A stretch of 64,000 nucleotides of DNA from Candidatus Heimdallarchaeota archaeon (GTDB lineage Archaea; Asgardarchaeota; Heimdallarchaeia; JABLTI01): positions 1 through 64,000 of the forward strand of contig JABCTZ010000032.1 of NCBI GenBank assembly GCA_018238155.1, read 5' to 3'. Each line of letters starts with the position of its first letter. The first letter of the stretch is position 1. Below, in pieces: positions 19,585-28,313 of the stretch. The notes below the pieces were generated by a model. That model was given only the letters and a program-made list of their open reading frames with translations, made no database searches and was not told the DNA's origin. The position numbers were made by a program, and so were the translations under genes.

Positions 19585-19842
19585 TCAAGCGTCAATATCT
19601 TTTTTCTAGAATCGTCAATAAATCAACCTTTAAATATAACCTTCTCCCGATGAATATGCGGAGAGATATTCCATAAAGAATTAAAACAAGAAATAGTTTA
19701 CTCTAATAGGAGTTTTTTAAAGAAAATTTTCTTTGACATTGCTGCACGAAAAAGAATATCAAAGGAAAATCAATGCAAGGTGAACCTCTCCAAAAAAGTA
19801 AATAGATTATTTAGAAAATTCTCCAAAATCGAGGGAAAAAAA

Positions 19843-20115
19843 ATGAAAGAAAATCTAATAAAACTCACACAAGATTTATCCAATGCCGGATATGTTATTA
19901 TTGGTCTAGAAGTCGAATCAACAGAACTTGTCCGATTTAAATTCCAAGGATTGGATGGCTTTGAATTAATTGTTGCTGAAAAATCAGCAAAAATAATTGA
20001 TGGAAAATGCCCTCCTAAAGTAATAAAGATGATTACCAAAATAGTTCGTTCTCGTTATAAAATAAAAGAAAACCTTGAACCTGATATCTTTAGAAATCTA
20101 TTAAATGCATCATAA
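19843..20115 (+). CDS. Small hypothetical protein
   Basis: ATG at 19843 preceded by SD-like GAGGG; 90 aa. Confidence 0.55.
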   Translation: MKENLIKLTQDLSNAGYVIIGLEVESTELVRFKFQGLDGFELIVAEKSAKIIDGKCPPKVIKMITKIVRSRYKIKENLEPDIFRNLLNAS

Positions 20116-20158
20116 AAAATGAAAAAGGAAACATAAAGGCAATAAAGAAAATGTGCCT

Positions 20159-20365
20159 TTAAGATCCTGCAATTCTTTTTATCTTGCAGCTTTCATCAGT
20201 ACAGCTATAACAAGAAGTTCCTTTATATTTTTGTGAACAATAAGTTACTGCGTTTCTAATTTTACACCAGTCAATGATACAATCTGTACAAAAAGTCACT
20301 TTTGGTGTTTTCACTGCTGATTTCTGTCTCACTAAGAATTTTTCTTGAGTATCTAAAACAGCCAA
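20159..20365 (-). CDS. Small Cys-rich protein (paralog 1, two CxxCx4C units)
   Basis: TTG start after SD GGTGA; FCTDCIIDWC...YCSQKYKG..CYSCTDESC; homologous to the adjacent ORF. Confidence 0.7.
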   Translation of the reverse strand: MAVLDTQEKFLVRQKSAVKTPKVTFCTDCIIDWCKIRNAVTYCSQKYKGTSCYSCTDESCKIKRIAGS

Positions 20366-20489
20366 TTTTTCACCAATCCTTTGATCTAATCTTCTTCTTA
20401 TCAATAAAGTGATGAAATGTCGCTTTTTAACTTGCTAATATCTTGAGAATATTGGCATAATACCCAAAAATGAGTATTAGATGCTAAAA

Positions 20490-20681
20490 TTAGTCTAATT
20501 TTAGTAGGCAAAGTTCATTCTCACATAAAAAACTACGAACACCACGATATTTTAAACTGCAATAAACGATTTTTTCTTTGTTCAAACACCATGAAAACAT
20601 ACAATCTGAACAATAGCCAATTTGTTCTTTAAGAATGGCTATTTTTTCTGTTAATACTTCGTCTTTTGATTCTGACGCCAA
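20490..20681 (-). CDS. Small Cys-rich protein (paralog 2)
   Basis: TTG start after GAGGA; YCSDCMFSWC...YCSLKYRG..SFLCENELC. Confidence 0.7.
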   Translation of the reverse strand: MASESKDEVLTEKIAILKEQIGYCSDCMFSWCLNKEKIVYCSLKYRGVRSFLCENELCLLKLD

Positions 20682-20787
20682 TTGTAAGTTTCAATCCTCT
20701 ATTGTTTACTTTACATTGTTACAGTTTTCTTCAACTTAATTATTACATTCGTATCTTTAGTAATTAAGACAACGAATATTAATTTGG

Positions 20788-21936
20788 CTATTTATCAGCA
20801 ACTGAAATTGGTTTCTTAATGAAATCATTGAAAGTTGTAGTTGTTTGTTTCCCTACGAATTCTTCAGGTAGCTTTCTGAATTCTTCTTGATGGTTCATTG
20901 ATAACTGCAAATAGTTTTCTAAATTTAATTCAAGAATTAATAAACCAAACATTAAAGCACTAACATTTTCTGATACATACAGATCACGGTGATTCCAAAG
21001 TTCATTTGTTCCTAAATTAATATCACAGATATTTTCAGCTCCAGGAAGTATTACATCAGCTGCTTCAACTACACCATCGTTTAGGGTCTTTTTACGATAA
21101 ATTGTTTTAGTAAACCATTGTTGTTTTGTCCCTCTAATTGTCATCCATCGAATAGTTCCTGGAGTAAGTGGATGAGAATTTAATTCTTCAATGAATTCAT
21201 TTTTCAGTGATTTTTTCTTATTGAACATTGCCTTGAATTTTCCAAAGACAGCTCGATTTCCGGCACTAATTTGGAGAAATTGCTTGCTTTGAGAGAAATT
21301 ATCCTTTCCATAAATTAATCGTAAAATATATTGAATAAATGGTGCTTGCAAACGGTCTATAATTTTGCATCCTTTATTTGGCGTAGCGATTAGTAAAATA
21401 TTTTTTATTCGTAAAGTTCCTGATTTTTCAGTAGGGAGGAGATTATTACCCTTCATTTTATCTTGAATGAATTTTCTAACAATTAACCCACCCATACTTG
21501 CTCCTATGAAATCTATCTCACCATTTTCTTGAAATTCCCAAGAGTCTCGGTTTGTATTAATACTTTTGAATAATTCTTCAGCTAACTCTGGAATGCTATG
21601 TTTAAAATTGCATCTGCCATCTTTTTTAGAATAGATATCAAAAAGATAGATTCTTTTGTACCCTAGAGGATTTGTTTTTGGATCAAATTTCAAAGCATCA
21701 ATGTAGTATAAATGATGTCCAATTCTAGGAGGATTATCAACTGAATATCCTGGAATGATAATTAGTGTTCTTTCGTTTCCTTTATGGGTGCGTTTTTTTA
21801 ATTTGAAAGCATTTAGATATCTTTTTGTAAGGATTTCTGAAGAATTCTGATTCACACAATTTGTTTCTCTTTTGATTGAAAAGATACTATCTAACACTTT
21901 ATTCATAGCAAAACCTGCTGAGGGCTCCTCAAGCAT
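20788..21936 (-). CDS. Alpha/beta-hydrolase (lipase/PGAP1-like)
   Basis: Nucleophile elbow GASMGG, IATPNKG, NDGVV acid, NHRDL His, oxyanion segment IIPGY. Confidence 0.8.
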   Translation of the reverse strand: MLEEPSAGFAMNKVLDSIFSIKRETNCVNQNSSEILTKRYLNAFKLKKRTHKGNERTLIIIPGYSVDNPPRIGHHLYYIDALKFDPKTNPLGYKRIYLFDIYSKKDGRCNFKHSIPELAEELFKSINTNRDSWEFQENGEIDFIGASMGGLIVRKFIQDKMKGNNLLPTEKSGTLRIKNILLIATPNKGCKIIDRLQAPFIQYILRLIYGKDNFSQSKQFLQISAGNRAVFGKFKAMFNKKKSLKNEFIEELNSHPLTPGTIRWMTIRGTKQQWFTKTIYRKKTLNDGVVEAADVILPGAENICDINLGTNELWNHRDLYVSENVSALMFGLLILELNLENYLQLSMNHQEEFRKLPEEFVGKQTTTTFNDFIKKPISVADK

Positions 21937-21985
21937 TCACTGGTGAAATTTTGCTTTTAAATGTCTAAAGGACGTATGAAAAACA

Positions 21986-22747
21986 TTACTTGATTATAGT
22001 GAAATCATTTTTCTCAAGAAATAGTTTCAATTTCTTTTTTGATTTCAGTTTTTGTGTTTTGAAAGTTTCTTGATATTCTGAACGGTTAATATACTTCATA
22101 ATTTTGAGCGTTCTTTCTTTGACTTCATCCTCAGTTGATACTGATTGATAAAAATAGATTTTCTTATTTTTTTCGTGGATAATAAAAATTAAATCACCGT
22201 TTAGTATTACCTTTTTTTCTTCAAATTCCACTGTTATTCCATTCTTTACTTTGAATACTCTTACCCTTGGTTTAATCTTTAGTTTAAAGACCAAATCTTC
22301 GTATATCAATTGTAATGTATTTAATTGCAGATTTTCTTCTGTTTTGAGATAGCTTTTTTGATAAAGATTCAACAATGATTCGATCATAGAGAAGACATTA
22401 GCAATAAGATGAAACATTTCTTTTTTAAAAATAATGAATAATGCACAAAAAAGTCCTTTCTCAATAATCTCTGGACTAGTGCTTGTAGTAGCTTCTACAT
22501 TGAAGATATAAATCAGTGCTTGATATTTTAAATTATATTGTACGGGTAGTGGACCAAATAATCCTTGAATTTTTTCTTCGCCTAATCCAACAGCAGTTAT
22601 TCCTTGAATAGCGGTGGCAAGTGCTTCCCTGTCATTTAAGGTACTAGCATTGATGCTTAATTGTGGTCCTGAATCATTTATCATAGCAAACAAAATACCG
22701 TTAAAAATAGAATCATCTAATTCTTGTTCCAGAGATTCAGCTGTCAT
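21986..22747 (-). CDS. Hypothetical protein: longin/uDENN-like N-domain plus possible gelsolin-like C-domain
   Basis: GILFAMINDSGPQ...GLFGPLPV; C-terminal RVFKV...LNGDLIFII...KIYFY. Confidence 0.5.
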   Translation of the reverse strand: MTAESLEQELDDSIFNGILFAMINDSGPQLSINASTLNDREALATAIQGITAVGLGEEKIQGLFGPLPVQYNLKYQALIYIFNVEATTSTSPEIIEKGLFCALFIIFKKEMFHLIANVFSMIESLLNLYQKSYLKTEENLQLNTLQLIYEDLVFKLKIKPRVRVFKVKNGITVEFEEKKVILNGDLIFIIHEKNKKIYFYQSVSTEDEVKERTLKIMKYINRSEYQETFKTQKLKSKKKLKLFLEKNDFTIIK

Positions 22748-22837
22748 TTTTGTTTACCACGTTTCAAATTAAGAACTCAATTATTATTGCATATTCTTTG
22801 AAATCAGTGATACCTCAAAAACCTTTCTAAAGTTGAA

Positions 22838-24442
22838 ATGCAATATTTTGATAACCAAATAACAAAAAAATTAATAGTTAGCTTTTGTTTAATGGAAAGA
22901 AGAATGAGAAGGCATCAATCAATGACCACTACTACAGAAGATAATAATTCAGAAGAAAAACCAATTCGAACTGTAACTACAGTCAATGATTTTTCAACTA
23001 AAAAACATAACAAATTCATATCAAATATTACTAATAGAAATTGGTCAGCATATAGTTTAGATTTTGCCGTTGTTTTGTTATTAGTAGTTTTGGGATTGTT
23101 TATTCGCATTCTCTTATCTTACACCTTTCGAGAGCAATATGGCTTTGGGACTGACTCAATAATTTGGAATAGATGGTTGCACTTTGATATCTATAATCCT
23201 GTAGCAAAACAATATATACCAATCCGCGGTTTTGCTGATTTCGGTTATTATTATCATTCTTGGATTGAAGGGTGGTATAATCGCACCTGGTATCCCTACC
23301 AATGGCATGATGAATCAACTGTATTAGATTACTATTCTTATCCACCTGTATTCATTTATTTCTTAGTATTTACTTGGCGTCCTGGAATGAGCAATTTGTG
23401 GATGGCTTTTCCAATGATTTTTGCTGATGCTGCCTGTGCTGGTGTTGTTTATCTAATATTAAAAGAATTATTCAAAGAAAAGAAAGGAAGAGCTATTGGA
23501 CTTGTTGGTGGAATTCTTATGGTGATTGCGCCAATAAATGTTATTTATGATGGTATCTACTGGCTAAATCCTGGTCCGGTTACGTTGGTAACAATGATTG
23601 CTTTTTATTTTGCTACAAAGAAGAAATGGTGGCAAGCATTCTTTTGGTTAGCAGTTGCTACTATGACAAAACAAAATGCCTTGTTTTTCACTTACCCAAT
23701 GTTTATGTTTATGCTTGGTGAAAAGCTTAAGAATAAAAAGATAAAAGATGCAATCGTCGAAAGTATAATGAATGCATTGTTGTTTGTAGGAGTGGGTCTC
23801 TTACTTTCCGTTCCTTGGATTTTTATTAGTCCTTACGAATATGTACGTCATATGCTTTTTCCAGGTAGACCCATAGAACTAAGGCTTACACCAATAAATC
23901 CTGTATCGAATGATTGCGTATCTTTTGCGAGATCTTTACAGGAATTAGGTTTTCCGAATTGGATTTTAGCTTTAGCTTCATTTGGAAATTATTCTATGCT
24001 TTGGATGATTCTCTCAGCAAGTATAATTGCAGTACTAATGATGTGGAGATCTTATACTGGAAAGATGGATGGTGTTGAATTTTATGAGTGGATAGCCATT
24101 TATATGATTTTTAGCCATATATTTATGCCTCGAGGTGTCTACAAATTCTATGTGGCATATTTTACTCCTGTAATTTTGATTGCCTTTCTTGGGTCATTAA
24201 CAAAACTTACTGAGAAAAAAGAATTTTTACCAATTGGTTTAGTTCTAGGAAGTGCGCTATTTTTGGGTTTCAATGTTTGGTTAATAGTAATACCCAGATT
24301 TCCTGTTCCTTTCTTACTATTCATGACTGCTGCAGTTATCGCATTAATATTGTGGTTAAGAGCTTATTTCCGAGATTTAGCAGTAAAGAAAGGAAATTTA
24401 CTCAGCACATCTTTCTATCTTGATAAGAAAATTGGTCAATAA
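22838..24442 (+). CDS. GT-C fold membrane glycosyltransferase (GT87/PIG-M-like)
   Basis: About 11 TM; first loop FADFGYYY, YSYPPVF, ATMTKQ; the true start may be the ATG at 22922. Confidence 0.7.
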   Translation: MQYFDNQITKKLIVSFCLMERRMRRHQSMTTTTEDNNSEEKPIRTVTTVNDFSTKKHNKFISNITNRNWSAYSLDFAVVLLLVVLGLFIRILLSYTFREQYGFGTDSIIWNRWLHFDIYNPVAKQYIPIRGFADFGYYYHSWIEGWYNRTWYPYQWHDESTVLDYYSYPPVFIYFLVFTWRPGMSNLWMAFPMIFADAACAGVVYLILKELFKEKKGRAIGLVGGILMVIAPINVIYDGIYWLNPGPVTLVTMIAFYFATKKKWWQAFFWLAVATMTKQNALFFTYPMFMFMLGEKLKNKKIKDAIVESIMNALLFVGVGLLLSVPWIFISPYEYVRHMLFPGRPIELRLTPINPVSNDCVSFARSLQELGFPNWILALASFGNYSMLWMILSASIIAVLMMWRSYTGKMDGVEFYEWIAIYMIFSHIFMPRGVYKFYVAYFTPVILIAFLGSLTKLTEKKEFLPIGLVLGSALFLGFNVWLIVIPRFPVPFLLFMTAAVIALILWLRAYFRDLAVKKGNLLSTSFYLDKKIGQ

Positions 24443-24554
24443 TAAAATAGGATGTACCTTTTGTAAAAGGTTTCATCTAATTTTCTTATAACTCATAAGT
24501 ACAATTTTTAACCTAAAAAACATCTAAATTTAAAGTGAAAAACTACCTTTAGAA

Positions 24555-24971
24555 TTGGAGAAATCAAACGTGTCAGAAAATACTTCAGATGAAGGAAAGC
24601 ATTTACTCGCTGTTTATGGCACATTAAAAGAAAATTTTCCAAATTATTTCTACTACTTAAATCCCCTTGTACCAATATTTCGAGGGATGGTGCAGATACC
24701 GTATGAAATGTATTCGAATGGAGGATTCCCTCTTCTCTTTTCTTCTGATAAGCAAAATAAAATCTATGTGGAAATATTTGAGGTAACCGATAGAATTATC
24801 AAAAAAATCGATAGATTAGAAGGTGTTCCCCATTTGTATTCACGAGCAACAATTTGGATAGACGAGATTAGTGTCAATGCATTTCTCTATGTAATAGAAA
24901 ATAGAGAACCCACGGGTGAATTAATTGAAGATGGAATTTTCAAAAGAAAAGATGATGACCAATTCATCTAA
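24555..24971 (+). CDS. Gamma-glutamylcyclotransferase (AIG2-like)
   Basis: AVYGTLK, IDRLEG, YSR. Confidence 0.85.
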   Translation: MEKSNVSENTSDEGKHLLAVYGTLKENFPNYFYYLNPLVPIFRGMVQIPYEMYSNGGFPLLFSSDKQNKIYVEIFEVTDRIIKKIDRLEGVPHLYSRATIWIDEISVNAFLYVIENREPTGELIEDGIFKRKDDDQFI

Positions 24972-24976
24972 AATAA

Positions 24977-26221
24977 CTATTTAGTAGTTTTTATCCAATC
25001 TAATAATGCAACAATGCCATGACTTTTTTCATAATCTAAAACTCTCTGAAAACCCCGACCGTATATATCCTCTCTCGAGAGAATCATTTCTGCTTGTCCT
25101 TGATAACCAAATCGCATAAGTACTTTATAGGATATCCATTCACAGAACCCTTCACGAATTTGTAAGGATTGGTTTAGCTCGGTTACATTTTCAGATTGCC
25201 ATGCGTGCCCCATTTCATGGCTAATTGTACCTAAAGACATTTGCAAAGGTAAATGAGATTGAATGAAAATATTCCTTTTTTCTCCTTTTCTTTTGAAGAG
25301 ACCGAGATTACGTCCTGCGGTAACTTCAGCTCCTGATTCTTTTATGCGACTGTCTAGTAATTTCTTTGAGATTAAGCGAAAATTAATAGCACTGTTAATT
25401 TTCAAACCTAAACCTAATAATCCCACTTCAGCTTTATCTACTAAAGATATCAATTGTTTTTCAGTAGTGATTGAGCTTCTTTGGCACTCTACACAAATTT
25501 TTCTTCCATCTGAAATTTGAACATATTGTAGTCCAACTGGACGACCACATGAGTCACAATGTGGAGCGAGTTTTTCACAGTGCTCACAATATATGCCTCT
25601 CTGGTATTTATAAGAAAAGTATCTACCAACAATTGGTAAACCACAAGAAGTGCATCGTTGAGCTTTTTCCTGACATGAATAGCATATCTTTTTATCGTGG
25701 ACCGTGAAAAGAAATTGGCTTGGCATTCCACATAAATTACATCTTTCATAAATTTTGTAACAATAATCACAAACAACTTCATTGTCAAACACCCAATACG
25801 TTCCTACTATAGGGTTGTTACAGACACTACACCGCGGAGCTTTTGTTAAACATTGTTTACAAAGAACTTTCCCACGAATTTTTGTATATTTAACAACGGG
25901 TTGCCCACACCGCTCGCATTTTAGATATTTGTTCATACAATCATCACAAGCAATAGTTTTGTCAACAAAACGAGTGTAGCTCCCGATGACTGCTTTTCCA
26001 CAGGTATCACACTTTGGGGATCTATTATAACAGATTATGCACAAACCATCAACTGATTCATCTGAACCACCAATTATTGGTTTCTTGCAGCTTGTACATT
26101 TTAAAAGAAATTTGAAACAGTCGTTACAAAAGGTTGATCCGTCAGAGAAATGAATGTATTTACCTGTGATAACTTCATTACACGCATCACATTTCACTTT
26201 AATTATTCCAACAGATACCAA
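24977..26221 (-). CDS. DA1-like zinc metallopeptidase with eight LIM-like zinc fingers
   Basis: Eight CxxC-x16-18-CxxC units; C-terminal SHEMGHAW...REGFCEW...IYGRGF like the DA1 peptidase domain. Confidence 0.85.
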   Translation of the reverse strand: MVSVGIIKVKCDACNEVITGKYIHFSDGSTFCNDCFKFLLKCTSCKKPIIGGSDESVDGLCIICYNRSPKCDTCGKAVIGSYTRFVDKTIACDDCMNKYLKCERCGQPVVKYTKIRGKVLCKQCLTKAPRCSVCNNPIVGTYWVFDNEVVCDYCYKIYERCNLCGMPSQFLFTVHDKKICYSCQEKAQRCTSCGLPIVGRYFSYKYQRGIYCEHCEKLAPHCDSCGRPVGLQYVQISDGRKICVECQRSSITTEKQLISLVDKAEVGLLGLGLKINSAINFRLISKKLLDSRIKESGAEVTAGRNLGLFKRKGEKRNIFIQSHLPLQMSLGTISHEMGHAWQSENVTELNQSLQIREGFCEWISYKVLMRFGYQGQAEMILSREDIYGRGFQRVLDYEKSHGIVALLDWIKTTK

Positions 26222-26334
26222 TGAGTTTCCTCCGGAAATTAGATTCCCAATTTAACAGAAAATAATCTGTACTAATAAATAACTCTTCAATTGAAAAAAA
26301 CTTTCTATTAAGGTAATATTTCAAGAGTCTTTCT

Positions 26335-26862
26335 TCATTTAATATATTTCAGTAATTCTTTGATAAATTCGTTAATTTTCTCACATTCACTTTGAAATTT
26401 GATTGGTATTAATTTGTCATAATTGGTGATGTAGGGAAGAATGACCATCTTAGGAAAAGATGCCGAACCCAATAATAAGATAACAGCTGCAACACCTAAA
26501 ATCAACCATTTAGACCAATGATCAATAAATATAATGCTAGCTATTGTTCCAAGAATAACAAGTATTGAACCGAATATTGTTGTACCAAACAATGAGCGAA
26601 TTACCCATTGCCTTTTTTTACGTATTTTGGTAAATGCTTCTTTTGCTCCTTGTGCTTCCCAAATTAAATCTATATCTTGAATGTTAAGTGAAATTGCTGC
26701 AATATAAGTATCAGTAATCTGAAGAGATGAAGTAATTGCCTCCTTGGCGTCATCTTTCGGCCAATTCTTTCTTCCAATGACAATAGAGAGATTATCAATA
26801 ATTTGAGTGATATTCTCTTTTATGCCTCGAGATAATTTCCTTTTGGTTCTTCTAGGGGACAT
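26335..26862 (-). CDS. Hypothetical membrane protein (2 TM)
   Basis: Two adjacent hydrophobic helices in a 175-aa ORF. Confidence 0.65.
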   Translation of the reverse strand: MSPRRTKRKLSRGIKENITQIIDNLSIVIGRKNWPKDDAKEAITSSLQITDTYIAAISLNIQDIDLIWEAQGAKEAFTKIRKKRQWVIRSLFGTTIFGSILVILGTIASIIFIDHWSKWLILGVAAVILLLGSASFPKMVILPYITNYDKLIPIKFQSECEKINEFIKELLKYIK

Positions 26863-27041
26863 GATCTTCTTCCTTGTAAATTGAATGAGTTAGATTAATT
26901 AATTAATTTAACTAAACTTCTCGGAGTGACCTACAAACAGAGCAAAATTGTATCAATCATACAAATTAATCTTCAAATACTATCTGATTTCACTGATAGG
27001 AGAATAAAAGACTGATCAGAGAAATAGACGAGAAAGCAAAA

Positions 27042-27605
27042 CTAACGTTTGCTATCTCTAACTCCATGGACAAAGGTTCCAATAAAAGCACCCAGACCAA
27101 AGGTAAAAACACAATAAAGACCAATAACGAGACTTGTAAGTGAAATTTGTCCAACGTTAATAAGAAATCCTCCTATACTGGCAGAAAATATTGCTTTTTC
27201 TATCACTCCAAATAAGAAGAAGATCAAAGTGAAGATCATTGCACTATAACTGGAATACCTGAATGAAACCAGAAAACTAAGTGTTTTATTTCTAAATGCA
27301 ATAACAAACCCTGCAGGCAGACCATATAAACCAATTATGAAATTCAATGCCCAGGGATTATCCATAACAATAGCTGCAAAGATGGATGTTATCGATGAAG
27401 AAATTGCTGTAATGATTGCAATAACAATAATCCAAGACCAAGGTGTTTTAATCTGTTTTCTTGCACCTGTTTGATATTCTTTGAACGCAACACTTTCCCT
27501 TAGATCAGTATTTTCTTCCATCAATTTTAGCATCCAACATGAATAAATATGAAGGATTATTTGTATTCTTGTATCACTTTCCAAATTGAAACATACGACA
27601 AACAA
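27042..27605 (-). CDS. Hypothetical membrane protein (4 TM)
   Basis: Four hydrophobic helices; real start is probably the internal MEENT. Confidence 0.65.
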   Translation of the reverse strand: MFVVCFNLESDTRIQIILHIYSCWMLKLMEENTDLRESVAFKEYQTGARKQIKTPWSWIIVIAIITAISSSITSIFAAIVMDNPWALNFIIGLYGLPAGFVIAFRNKTLSFLVSFRYSSYSAMIFTLIFFLFGVIEKAIFSASIGGFLINVGQISLTSLVIGLYCVFTFGLGAFIGTFVHGVRDSKR

Positions 27606-27743
27606 AAATATTTTTACTGTAAAAATTATACAAGTATATATACTCCTATTTCTAATATAGTAGTGACAGTCTAGCTTAGAAACTAAATCGCAAACTCTTT
27701 CAAAAAAGAAAGATTTTAATTAGAATAGGAAGAAAAACGATTA

Positions 27744-27829
27744 TTTTCCGCGATAATACGGAAAACCGACCTCTAATAGAAGAAAATTGGCGGATGTTTT
27801 TACTAGATAGAGTAAACTTTTTACTAGAC
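27744..27829. promoter_or_regulatory. Candidate operator cluster upstream of the wHTH gene
   Basis: Inverted repeat TTTTCCG-N8-CGGAAAA (27744-27765); direct repeat TTTTTACTAGA at 27797 and 27818 (21-bp period). Confidence 0.4.
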
Positions 27830-27889
27830 GTAGGGTAAGAATTTGTCAGTCTTCTTTTATATTAGAATACACGGTTTATTGTCTAGGAG

Positions 27890-28123
27890 ATGACTAATAA
27901 AATGCTGACTGTAGCCGAACAATTACCCCCTTCCGCAAGGGCCATTTACACTCTCTTATCTGAACAGGGACCTTTGACTTCAAAGGACTTAATTCTAAAA
28001 TGCGATCTCGCACCAAGAACTGTCAGATATGCCTTAAAACGTTTAACGAAAGAAGGCCTTGTTAAAAAGGCACCATACCTATTAGATATGCGCTCTTCAA
28101 AGTATTTTGTTGAAACTGGTTGA
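27890..28123 (+). CDS. Small winged-helix transcription regulator
   Basis: LPPSARAIY...GPLT...LAPRTVRYALKRL...GLV pattern of small archaeal wHTH proteins; SD GGAG. Confidence 0.85.
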   Translation: MTNKMLTVAEQLPPSARAIYTLLSEQGPLTSKDLILKCDLAPRTVRYALKRLTKEGLVKKAPYLLDMRSSKYFVETG

Positions 28124-28165
28124 ATTTTTCAACTAACGTAATAGTATAACTAAAGGTATAAATCA

Positions 28166-28230
28166 CCTCGTAAAGACTTACGGGGAAAACTCCTCTTTTT
28201 TCTTTTCTTCTTTCTCTCTCATTTTCTTAT
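28166..28230 (+). terminator. Hairpin followed by a T-rich tract downstream of the wHTH gene
   Basis: CCTCGTAA-AGAC-TTACGGGG then a pyrimidine tract. Confidence 0.45.
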
Positions 28231-28313
28231 TGTGTTTGGTTTTTTAGGATAAATTTTTGAATAGCGATTCTTTTTGATATTAAAGATATTCTGCAAACAC
28301 AGGTTGAACATTC

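Noticed and set aside
28121-28190. TGA stop plus downstream hairpin as selenocysteine/SECIS
   Set aside because: Readthrough adds only a few residues before TAA, there is no redox motif context, and the hairpin lacks clear SECIS features
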